This document shows positions 22,068-32,825 of a stretch of DNA of 64,000 bases, one piece after another. The notes under the pieces were generated by a model. That model was not told the origin of the DNA. It searched no databases and saw only the letters and a list, made by a program, of their open reading frames with translations. The number at the start of each line of letters is the position of its first letter. The first letter of the stretch is position 1. Both the position numbers and the translations under genes were made by a program. Source of the stretch: Anthoceros angustus (taxonomy: Eukaryota; Plantae; Anthocerotophyta); contig VJWM01000240.1 in the NCBI GenBank assembly GCA_010909165.1, forward strand, positions 191,423 to 255,422. The letters run 5' to 3'.

Positions 22068-23731
22068 ATGGTAATGGTGAGGAAGCTGTGCAGAAATCGG
22101 GGAGTGGTAATGGACTTGCTATTGCGATCTCCCTCTCCTGCCGTTTGGCATCCCACGACTGCCCGCTTTGCCAGGCGCGTACTGACGTGCGCAGGGAATC
22201 CCTGGGTCAGCAGCAGGCTAGATGCGAGCAGCGGGATTGGATTTCTTGCTGCCCGAGGAATTTTCCAGTTTGGAAGGATGGACGGAGCGAGGCCTGGCGG
22301 GGATGGCAGGAAGAGCTTTTCCAAGCTAGGGTTTGGGGAGGGGCCCTACCAGAGTGTGGCCACGGGAGGGGACGGCGAAGGCGGCGGGGGAGGGGCTTGG
22401 GATAGGTACACTGGCGGAGGCGGCGCGGGAGATGGAGAGCAGCCCGGCGGGAGCACCGGTGGATGGCGAACCCTGTTGGCTTGGTAATTCTTACAGCAAT
22501 TTGGTGCCTGAGCTTTGCAAGCAATGCAGCAGGGGTGGCTGAGAAGTTCAGAACCTCCGACCGATGATGCTCTCAATCGGGGACGACTGAATGCCGCAAT
22601 GTAGGCGTCTGCGTTGCTGCGGGATTGGTGATTGTCATAGCCTGCCCAGGGGCTGGTTAGGTTGGTTCATGCTCTGCGGTTTCGTCTCAGGTACATGACG
22701 AAGCTTGAGGAGCATCCCGTGCGAACCAAGGCTTTGACGGCGGGCATCTTGAATGTCTTTGGTGACTTGCTTTCGCAGGTGAGGGCCGGGATTTGGGAGA
22801 CGTGGTTCTGCCGGAGTGTGCAATTTTTCGGGGAGATAATCGTTTCGTGCTGCTATTCGGTGCTGGTTTCAGGTACTGATGGAGAAGACGGAACAGTTGG
22901 ACCTTAAGCGGTCTGCCATGTTCTTTGTGATAGGATTGGCCTTGGTTGGGCCGACTCTCCATTACTGGTATGGTTATGGTTTGCTTGCGGAGGCGCGATG
23001 AGAACGCTTTCATTCTCTGATTTGGCATGTTTTCCCCGAGCACTCTGGAAAAGCTTCTTTCCTTCGCTGACGATGGTAGGTTCAAGGTATTCTACTCTGA
23101 ACAGAGTGATTACGCTCGGAGGCCCTAAAGGGGCAGGTTTACGGCTTGTATGTGACCAGGTGAGCTACTATAAAATCGTGGGGACTTTTTGATCCTGAAT
23201 CCGTGTGAGGAGACTCACATAGCGGTTTACTGCAGCTGGCGTTTGCACCAGTGTTCATTGCAGCTTTCTTCACCGTCCTTCTGACGTTGGAAGGTCGACC
23301 GTCCGACATCGGTCCTAAGCTGCACCAGGTGAGCCATGGATTCTCACTCGCGATCTGGCCCACAAGCAAACCTTGAGTTCTTGCATGTTTCTCCAGGCAA
23401 AGGCAAGGTTTTCTGGACCATGGAGACTGACTCGTTGGCAATACGACTAGGATTGGTCAGCAGCAGTACTGACAAACTGGAAGATCTGGGTTCCGTTTCA
23501 GTTTCTCAACTTCCTGTTCGTACCCCCGCAGCTCCAGGTAGTTGTCAACCTTTTTGGGTAATCACGCGTTACTGTCTTTCAGTTTCCCTAGCAACTTGTC
23601 TGTTCAGTACTGAGGTGGTGGGTGTGTTTCAGGTTGCTGCATCCAACGTGATTGCACTGGTGTGGAACATGTATCTATCATATTCAAGTCACAAGGAGGT
23701 TGAGCATACACCACCTTCACCCACGGCTTGA
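22068..23731 (+). CDS. Mpv17/PMP22 family membrane protein with N-terminal transit-like and Gly-rich extension; 7 exons, 316 aa
   Basis: Exons 22068-22483, 22691-22778, 22873-22967, 23087-23159, 23236-23328, 23451-23537, 23633-23731, all GT-AG with consistent phase. Motifs: WYMTKLEEHPVRTKALT, GDLLSQ, GPTLHYWY, CDQLAFAP, NWKIWVPFQFLNFLFVP, NVIALVWNMYLS. The start codon is less certain. Confidence 0.93.
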
Positions 23732-24551
23732 CGCTTGCTTCCCGGCGCTCGGAAAGCGAAACCCATGCCCATAGGTCTTGTATGTATGGCCCACAACTGG
23801 AGTTTACTTACGGCGCATAACTGGAGCTCACCCCTAGTTTCTCAGTTTCTTTGCTGTGTGCTAAGAGAGGAGGCTTTTCTCCATTTTGCACACTTCAAAA
23901 CTCAGTTATGACCTCTGCTCAGACGATTATGGCAGTCTGAAGTCACCTTTGTTGGCTGGTCACGGGAACGTGACAGCAGAGTCCCGTCTGTTGAGAGACC
24001 TGTGTGTCATCGGCTTGATTGCAGGAGTCCTCCAGGTGGAGGTGGTGTGTTTCTGAATATGACGGTGAAATAAAACCGTGTCAAGAGCACGCCCGCAGAG
24101 TATGACCTCCAATCTTCCATCGCCAAGATGTGGCTTCCAACCAATGACCCTTGAAAAGCTAACGGCCTTGTGTCGGAGGACCCTGAAGGCTTCCACGTGG
24201 TGAAAAGGCCACGAGGCCTTCATGCATGACACACCCTTCCACGCGCCTTCCTCACATCCCCTCGCCGTTGCTCCTGAAACCCATACAAATGCCGCTCCAC
24301 TCTGCAGTCTCTCAGCGAAACGCGCATTCGATTCTTCAGCTGAGAAATACCTTGGCACGCGACTCCATTGCCAGGTAAGGACTCTGCAATGCGAAGCAGA
24401 CTTGTGCAATTGGCTGTCAGGTACAATGCAGTGCCTGAAAAGGCAGTTTTCATCTCCAGTGTGAAAGACAGGACAGGTTTTGTTCCCAGCTGAGATCTCA
24501 CGACACTTCACCTGCGAGAACAAGATGACGATGACCTTGACATCCACCAAC

Positions 24552-25338
24552 ATGGCTGCAGTGGGTAGTTTGACTCCCAGTTTGCATTCCCGAGTCACTA
24601 TTGGGACCAGGACTGTGGTATCCATGGGAGCAATGAGATCATCATCTTATGCAGGTACAGATCCAGAGCATCGTGAATCCATGCTATTCCGTCCATTTGC
24701 CTTCAGAGATGCTCCTCGGATAAGTAGACATCTTCCCAGGACGGTCCTGAGAACATGTCTCCTTTCCCAAGGATCATCTCTGAATGCAGCATGGACGTGG
24801 CTTTGATCTCTGTTTTCTGCACTCACCGAATTCCAGTGGTTCCTCACTCACATAGTGTCTTCGTGGGCCTGCAAGCAGGTGCTCCTTTGCAATTGAGCAA
24901 TGTGACCTCGGGCTACAGGAAAGCGTCTGGCCTGAGTGTCAGAATGGAGGCAGAAGTGAAGACAGGGAAAGGAGGGCCACAACCACCCTCCTCCCCGCCA
25001 GGTTTGGGTGGAACTGAAATTCCTCTCGGGGTGATCACCACATCGGCCCCTTTGGAGCAGAAGGGCACTCCAGTGCCTCAAAGAATTGCCTACATCTGCC
25101 AGGATTGTGGCTACATCTACGACTTGGAGACGCCATTTGAGGAACAATCCGAGGACTACAACTGCCCTGGTTCGTACATTGTCATGTTTTGTCACGTCAA
25201 TGAACTTGTCGTCTGCTAAATCCTGCTTCTCATTTTATGATATTTGCTGCAGTTTGCACTGCACCCAAGAATCGGTTTGTACCGTCCAACTCTACCGTGG
25301 AGGAAACTCTAGATACTACTGAAGAGAACCAGAATTAA
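24552..25338 (+). CDS. Rubredoxin-like protein with putative plastid transit peptide; 3 exons, 159 aa
   Basis: Exons 24552-24654, 24879-25169, 25253-25338 (480 nt, phases consistent). The spliced protein has YICQDCGYIY and CPVCTAPKNRF (CxxC...CPxC) and an S/T/R-rich N-terminus. Confidence 0.88.
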
Positions 25339-26230
25339 AGAGATGGTAGCAGTGTGCATACGACGTAGGCGACGGTTTTAGGTTCCAAGTGTGTATATAA
25401 AGGTTTCGAGGCACAATCTGCCTAGTTATTGAAAACTTCCCAACTCGGACGAATGCGTGAATCTGTCCGGACAGATGTCGGTTGATTGGCTCTTGCTGTA
25501 AATTGTGTAATGGAAAAAAATGCCTTGTTGTAAATTGTGCAATGGGAAAAAATGCCAACATGCTGGCTATTTTTGAACTCAGTAAGGCTTCTTGACCGCA
25601 ATAAGGCCATCGCTTTTTGCCAACTTGGACTTTAGTCATCGGAACTTCAAAAAATATATTAATAGTACATATCAATGCATGTGAGCAGCTGGAAAATAAA
25701 AAAATTGCTCAAGAGGAGGAACTCCAAGGGCACTTGCCAACGGGCAAGCTTATAATTGGTATTCATCAGTTGAACATCATTGTTGAGATTTCAAACCATG
25801 GATAGATGGAAGTGCCAAAATGTGGCGCGACTTTTGCTGACGGCCAGCCGGGCGCGCACAATCCCGTGTCGTTGTAGGAAGGAGTCCGTTCCCAAGGGAA
25901 TGGTCTCGTGCTTATTACTGAGCTCTGACCCTATCGCTGACGGACTTCATCGGGTTGGGTCCCGGCGGCTCCACAACCTAAGTGTGTGCCCTCCACAACT
26001 CGGCTAGCGACCACCGGACCTTCCCACAAACCCCGCCCGATTTCTCGATTACTACGGAGTTTAAGGTTTATGACGCATTCGCCACTATGTACTCTAGCGC
26101 CTGACTCCTCAACTCGTCCGCCAACTCCACCTCAACACACGCCCGTAACCGACCCTTCTCCCTTATCCATTCCGGCTAGTAGTCACAACACCAACACCGA
26201 TGTATTCACACGGGCCGCCTTTGCTTCCAG

Positions 26231-26608
26231 GTGCTTCACGTTCTGGAGAAGTGGCTTGCACTGCAACCCCACCTCCGTTCAGTGACCTCCAAGGATGGCT
26301 TCTTGACGAGTCACCCCTAAGCGCCTCTAATCCCCTCCGGTGCTTCACGTTCTGGAGTGGTAAACCGCTGCATCCCCGGCCTCGTTCAGTGACCTCAAGG
26401 ATGGCTTCCGCCCAGAGTCACCCCAAGCGCCTCCTAATCTCCTACCGCTTCACGTTCTGGAAGGCTTGGCTGCATCCCCACCTCATTCAGTGACCTCAAG
26501 GATGGCTTCCGCCGTGTCGCCCCAAGCGCCTCCTAATCTCTCCCGCGCACGCTCATGGAGAAGTGGCTTGCACTGCATCCCCCATTTCCTGCTCCACAGC
26601 CTCAAGGT
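26231..26608. repeat. About 3.5 copies of a 100-110 bp tandem unit within the LTR
   Basis: GCTTCACGTTCTGGA...TTCAGTGACCTC(C)AAGGATGGCTTC...AAGCGCCTC recurs from about 26231, 26340 and 26447, with a partial copy from 26547. Confidence 0.9.
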
Positions 26609-26849
26609 TAGTCTCAGACCCGAGAAATCACCATGAGCACCTCCCGAGCTCAGTCCGACCCGTGCACCCATCAAGCGTGTTGGCGGAGCTCGTCACGAGC
26701 TCTAACACATCCCTCTACCACCAATTAATCCGCACGGTGGACGCAGGAACTCACTCCGCTCCTCGAGCACGGGCAAGAGCACACGGAGCGCCGAAGATGG
26801 TACTGGGATAGTCTCGCCTTGACGCCAGCCTTCCTATATACTCCCATAC

Positions 26850-26908
26850 CCTAACCTAACCCGCCTATGTATGTACCTAACCTAACCCGCCTATGTATGT
26901 ACCTAACC
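26850..26908. repeat. 26-bp tandem repeat (2.2 copies)
   Basis: CTAACCTAACCCGCCTATGTATGTAC repeated directly. Confidence 0.9.
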
Positions 26909-27007
26909 GGTCGTGAATCACGGACGTAGCTCATCATCGCGACTTCTTGCACCACCGCTCACCAAACAAGAGATCCATGCCAGCGATGCCCACCAAACTA
27001 AACCACC

Positions 27008-27245
27008 CGGCAGACCACTCCACCGGACCTCGCCGGACGGACCACTCCGTCGGACCTCGCAAGGACGGACCACTCCGGACCTCGCCCGGACGGACCACTC
27101 GTGGGACCTCGCCGGACGGACCACTCCGTCGGACCTCGCCGGACGGACCACTCGTCGGACCTCGCCCGGACGGACCACTCCACCGGACCTCGCGAGGCAG
27201 ACCACTCCGTCGGACCTCGCCGGACCTCGCCGGACCACTCCGTGG
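27008..27245. repeat. Minisatellite of about 9 copies of a 25-28 bp unit within the LTR
   Basis: GACGGACCACTCCGTCGGACCTCGCCG consensus repeated with no unique spacers. Confidence 0.92.
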
Positions 27246-28034
27246 ACAACGGACCGAGGGTCTAGGGATTGCACGTATAAGTGCAATCGGCGAAAATGGC
27301 CTTATTGGCTAACTCCTCCCTATCCTCTTATGATGTGACCAGAAAAAAGCAAACAAGCCGCCAAGAGTACGGACGCCAGTTTGGCACTCCACGTAAAGCC
27401 TGCACAAGCAAGAAAGGGACTGAACACCTCAAGCACTGCTCCAATATGTCTCTAAAGGTGAGTTGGGGAGCCCACGCACAGCTACGTGCGCTCAGACGTG
27501 GCTCGAGGTGCACCTGGTGCGAAGTGGTATGGCACAGAAACTTAGCAGAGGATGAAGCTTGCCAACGGCACGGTGGAACGTGTGACGGTCCATGAGGTGC
27601 TGGTAAAAATTGCTTTCAAGGGCTATGATGATGAAGTCCACCTGGAGCTCTGGGTCAATTCCTCCTCTGCGTCCGGTAAAACTTCATAGCCATGAATCCT
27701 TTGAGGAATAAACTCTGCGCAGCGCTTGTCCACCTCCATAGCAATGTAATTCCGGCCACAGAGGGGGTAGTCTACCCTCAAGCCGAGAGTTCCCTGGGCA
27801 TTGCCACACAACCAAAGCAAAGCAATTTCACAGCAACCATTCACAAGGGGAGCAACTCGTTTAGGCACTTGGTGAGCAAGTCCTCCACCAAGCACTCCGA
27901 CCACGCGACTTCCTCTCTAGCTGCGTTGGCTCACGGCCCGCGAAATTCCTACATGGCAAAGGACTCGAGTATGGGCGCAAGACATGATACTTTACTTTGT
28001 GAAATCCTCCTCCTCTTATAGGAGGCCTTCCACA

Positions 28035-28047
28035 TACAACCTCCCTT
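28035..28047 (-). other. Polypurine tract of the host gypsy element
   Basis: The minus strand reads AAGGGAGGTTGTA immediately before the LTR start TGTGGAA. Confidence 0.6.
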
Positions 28048-28298
28048 AGGTGACCCTACTGCAGGTCACCTTTTCCAATATTCTATTATTTCCTACATGA
28101 CATTTAATGCACCTAAATCTATTAGATCCTTGGTAAATTCTATTCTAGTAACTTCACCTAAGATCATCCTTAAAGGATGTCAGTCTACACCACCTATCCT
28201 TCCCATTCCCCAAAGCTCATTTATGGTCATTGACCATTCTAGTCCTTATCTTCTTTGGGGTGGCGTGTCCTTATGGATTGGCTCCCTCGCCCTCCTTT

Positions 28299-31200
28299 TG
28301 CTCTGTCCCTTCCCGATCTTCCGTCTTCCCTGTGTGGGGCAAGTACAATCTGCCCCTTCCTCCATCTTCAGGCGCCCCACATCACTCTCCGGCAAGCGCC
28401 CCTTCCTCACCTGGCGCCCTTTTCTCCGGCCTCCCGCTGGTGGCGCCCATCATCGGCACCCTACCGCGGTAGTCTGGCGGAACTAGGGTGGTGACTACCA
28501 TGGTAGTCTGATCTTCATTTTTCTTCTTCTCCCCATCTGCGCTGCCTCTTGGGTTGGAATCTTCCGTGCTCCTTTCCTCCTGTTTGATTTGTCCATACCT
28601 ATCATGGAGCATTCTCAAAGATTCTTCCTCCCTCAATTGTCAGCCGATTTCCACTAATCCTTCCGGGCCCTTTTCGCATCAGCCTCCTCTCCTGGCTCGG
28701 GCCCTTCCCTCGCTCGTGGGATGAGGGAACTTCTCACCCCTCCTTCCTTCTTAACGGGTCGGATCCCGTCCCTGTTCTCCTCCGGTGGGGTTGTTTCCCC
28801 CACCTCCTCTTCTATTCCTCAGGGGTATCTCTGGGACCCCGGCTCCTTCATTCCTTGGCCCCGCGGCGACTCCCAGCGGCCGCGCTCGCGGTTGCTTCTA
28901 CCCGGTAGTGCGGACTAGCGTGGTTGTCTGCAGTGGTCTGGCGGACTACGTGGTGCTAATCACCACCGTGGTGAGTGACCCCAGGAGGCGGGCTGTCCCC
29001 CTCCTTGCTCTCACGCCATCTTCCTCCTTGGCTCGCGGCCTCTTCTCCTCCTTCCACTCCCAGTTCCTCGGAGTCCATGTCACTGTAGCCTCATCAAAGT
29101 CGGGGCCTTCCGGTTGCACTTTTGCACGGCTCCTTCCATCATCATGAGGACCTATTGTCCTCCTCTTGGCCGTAAGACTTCATTGTTGGCCTTCAAAATC
29201 TATTGTGGAGGTGAGCCCCAAGCTGTAATCGCATTTGGAGATCATCAATCTCGTGGGCCTCTCCATCCTCACACCTACCTTGTAGGCGTCCCTTGCGGTG
29301 GTCAATTCTCCCACCTTGACATGGAGGTCACATTCTCCTCCTTGCTTCTTGGTTGGCTAATTTGCTGAAGGGCATACTTAAAATCTCCTCTTCCTCACCA
29401 CCAGCATCCTATGTACCACCTTCTTGTGGTATTCCTCCTCTGGAACCTCCTTTGTTCCTCGTCTCTTAGTTCTTTGAGCAAGTCCTTCCCTTCGCTTGCC
29501 ACTCTTCTCATGCTCCGGCTCACAGTGCGATCTTGAGCCCCAACTCCTTCTCCTCCAAATGCGGGTCTTCAATTCCTCTTCCATGTCCGGATCTTGATGG
29601 CTTGGGTAGCCATCACACTGCTCTGTCCCTTCCCGGATCTTGTCATCTTCCTAATGTGTGGGGCAAGTACAATCTGCCCCTTCCTCCATCTCCGGGCGGC
29701 GCCCCGTTCCTCCTCCTCCGGCAACGCGCCCCGCACCTCAGCGCCTTTTCTCCAGCCTCCGCTGGTCGCGCCCGTTCATCGGCACCCTACCGCGGTGATG
29801 CAGCGGACTACGGGGTACCATGGTAGTCGATCTTCATTTTCTTCTTCTTCTCCATCGGCGATGCCTCTTGGGTTGGAATCTTCCGTGCTCCTTTCCTCCT
29901 GTTTGGTTTGTCCATACCTATCATGGAGCATCCTCAAAGATTCTTCCTCCCTCAATTGTCAGCCGATTTCACTAATCCTTCCGGGCCCTTTTCGCATCAG
30001 CCTCCTCTCAGCTCGGGCCTTCCCTCGCTCGTGGGTGAGGAACTTCTCACCCCTCCTTCCTTCTTGGGTGGGATCCGTCCTGTCTCCTCCGGTGGGGTTG
30101 TTTCCCCACCTCCTCTTCTATTCCCGGGGTACTCTGGGACCCCGGCTCCTTCATCCTCGGCCCGCGGCCCGACTCCGCCCCGGGCTCGCGTTGCACCCTA
30201 CCGCGGTAGTCGGGACTGCGTTGTCTACCACGGTAGTCGGCGGACTACGTGGTGGCCTCACCATGGTAGGTGACCCCCGGAGGCGGGCTGTCCCCCTCCT
30301 TGCTCTCGCCATCCTTCTCACCCGCCGCTCTTCTCCTCCTTGACTCAGTTCCTCGGAGTCCATGTCACTGTAGCCTCATCAAAATCGGAGGCCTCAGTGC
30401 ACTTGCTGCGGCTCCTTCTGTCATCATCATGAGGACCCTATTGTCCTCCTCTTGGCCAATACTTTTGTTGGCCTTCAAAATCTATTGTGGAGGTGAGCCC
30501 CAAGCTGTAATCGCATTTGGAGATCATCAATCTCGTGGGCCTCTCCATCCTCACACCTACCTTGTAGGCGTCCCTTGCGGTGGTCAATTCTCCCACCTTG
30601 ACATGGAGGTCACATTCTCCTCCTTGCTTCTTGGTTGGCTAATTTTGCTGAAGGGCATACTTAAAATCTCCTCTTCCTCACCACCAGCATCCTATGTACC
30701 ACCTTCTTGTGGTATTCCTCCTCTGGAACCTCCTTTGTTCCTCGTCTCTTAGTTCTTTGAGCAAGTCCTTCCCTTCGCTTGCCACTCTTCTCATGCTCCG
30801 GCTCACAGTGCGATCTTGAGCCCCAACTCCTTCTCCTTCCAAATAGCGGGTCTTCAATTCCTCTTCCATGTCCGGATCTTGATGGCTTGGGTAGCCATCA
30901 CACTGCTCTGTCGTCCATTTGTTGGATGCCACCTTCTCCTTCCTAGAGCCTCTGTTTTGCCCTTTCTCTCTTGCTCTAATTGGGCAAAATGCTCTTCATA
31001 TACGCCTCCAAGAGTCGTTGGGTTGTTGCCGAATAGCTCTCTCCTCGGTTTGTGACAACCTCCCCTCTAGGACCTTCTCTGTGAGCCGTTGATCCACAAG
31101 ATCCCGCTGGAGTTTCTCCACAACCTTCTCTAACTTGGCTGCCTTCTCGTCGGACTCCATGGCCTCCAATTGCCACTTGGTCCCTGCTCTCCTCTCCGTC

Positions 31201-32712
31201 ATTTCTTGGGCCTTGACTTCCTCATGACAGGCCCACAAGGAGGCTGCTAGTTCCCTAGCCCCCTTTAAATCCACACGGCTGAGTGCTTCACAAGCACTCA
31301 GCAATTCCTCTAGGGGTCCCAATTCCACCCCTGCTGCCTTCTTGATGGAGATTTCCAGCTCCCTTGTGCTCCTCTGACTATCGCGCGGCGGTGGGGGCCC
31401 TCTTTGGCCGGACCTTGCTCTTCCTCCTCCCCACGCTCTTGGGAAGGAAAGACTTCCCATTAAGCAGCAGCCTCTCCTTCCTCTGCCCCTTGGCCTGGCG
31501 TGCTTGGTGACCCCACAGGAGGCGGGCTGTCCCCCTCCTTGCTCCTCACGCCATCCTTTCCCCACGCCTTCTGTCTCTTCTCCTCCTTCTCCCAGTTCCT
31601 CGGAGTCCATGTCACTGTAGCCTCATCAAAGTCAGGCTTCGGTGCACTCTGCAGCTCCTTCTGTCATCATCATGAGGACCTATTGTCCTCCTCTTGGCCA
31701 AAAGACTTATTGTTGGCCTTCAAAATCTATTGTGGAGGTGAGCCCCAAGCTGTAATCGCATTTGGAGATCATCAATCTCCGTGGGCCACTCTCCATCCTC
31801 ACACCTACTCTTGTAGGCGTCCCTTGCGGTGGTCAATTCTCCCACCTTGACATGGAGGTCACATTCTCCTCCTTGCTTCCCGGTGGTTGGCTAATTTTGC
31901 TGAAGGGCATAATCTCCAAAATCTCTTCCTCACCACCAGCATCCTATGCCACCTTCTTGTGGTATTCCTCCTCTGGAACCTCCTTCCCTCGAGTCTCTTA
32001 GTTCTTGGCAAGTCCTTCCTTCTCCACTTGCTCTTCCTCCTCCTCTTGCTCTTGATCTTGAGCCTTTAACTCAGCGCTTCTCCTCCAAATGAGCGGGTTC
32101 TTAATTCCTCTTCCATGTCCGGATCTTGATGGCTTGGGTAGCCATCACACTCTGTCGTCCATTTGTTGGATGCCACCTTCTCCTTCCTAGGGCCTCTGTT
32201 TTGCCCTTTCTCTCTTGCTCCAATTGGGCAAAATGCTCTTCCTCCCTCCAAAATCCCGTTGGGTTGTCATCGAATAGCTCTCTCCTCGGTTTGTGACAAC
32301 CTCCCCTCTAGGACCTTCTCTGGATCCACAAGATCCCGGAGTTCTCCTGACCTTCTCGGCTGCCTTCTCGTCGGACTCCATGGCCTCCAATTGCCACTTG
32401 GTCCTGCTCTCCTCTCCGTCATTTCTTGGGCCTTGACTTCCTCAAGCAGGCCACAAGGTACTAGTTCCTAGCCCCCCTTAATCCTGACACAGTAGTGCTT
32501 CACAAGCACTCGGCAATTCCTCTAGGGTCCCAATTCCACCTGCCTTCTTGATGGAGATTTCCAGCTCCCTTGTGCTCTCGACTATCAAGCATAAGGGGGC
32601 CCTCTTTGAGGACTTACTCTTCCTCCTCCCCACGCTCTTGGGAAGGAAAGACTTCCCATTCCAAGCAACCTGTTACCTCCTTCCTGCCGCCTTGGCGTGC
32701 TTGTGGAAGTCT
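28299..32712. repeat. A-B-A-B-C-B-C duplication block in the host accessory ORF
   Basis: The B block (TTGGCCTTCAAAATCTATTGTGGAGGTGAGCC) occurs at about 29186, 30467 and 31713. The A block (GTGTGGGGCAAGTACAATCTGCCCC) occurs at about 28332 and 29656. The C coiled-coil block occurs at about 30910 and 32155. Confidence 0.9.
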
Positions 32713-32820
32713 GACCCCCCATTGTTTTCCTCAAGGCGAAAGGCAAAGGCCTTTCCAAACTTGGCTGGAGATGAATTATCTCCGAAGGATGCCAAGCATC
32801 TTCCAACTCCTTGCTTGTGA

Positions 32821-32825
32821 GGAGT
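32821..32825. repeat. Left target-site duplication GGAGT
   Basis: Directly precedes LTR1 TGTGGAA; the matching GGAGT is at 52058-52062. Confidence 0.8.

Larger units (their letters stand above)
25821..28034 (-). mobile_element. 3' LTR (2214 bp) of the minus-strand host Ty3/gypsy element
   Basis: On the minus strand it starts TGTGGAAGGCC (28034) directly after a purine tract AAGGGAGGTTGTA and ends CCACA (25821). Its 3' end shares TGTCGTT and CCCAAGGGAATGGT blocks with the reverse complement of the guest LTR 3' end. A TATA-like TATATAG lies at about 26835-26841 (-). Confidence 0.72.

Noticed and set aside
23960-24625. 221-aa minus-strand ORF between the Mpv17 and rubredoxin genes
   Set aside because: No recognisable motif, it overlaps the rubredoxin first exon antisense, and there is no splice or family support.
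27008-27245. Regular ~27-bp repeats resembling a CRISPR array
   Set aside because: Units abut with no unique spacers, there are no cas genes, and the context is a plant LTR; it is a minisatellite.
27266-27287. Hairpin GATTGCAC-N6-GTGCAATC next to CTAG, resembling a Helitron 3' end
   Set aside because: Spacing to CTAG is only about 1 nt, the following base is A rather than T, and the site lies inside an LTR.
28300-32825. Calling the extra retrotransposon ORF an envelope gene
   Set aside because: No clear signal peptide or transmembrane segment is seen in the coding strand; hydrophobic-looking ORFs here are on the opposite, non-coding strand.
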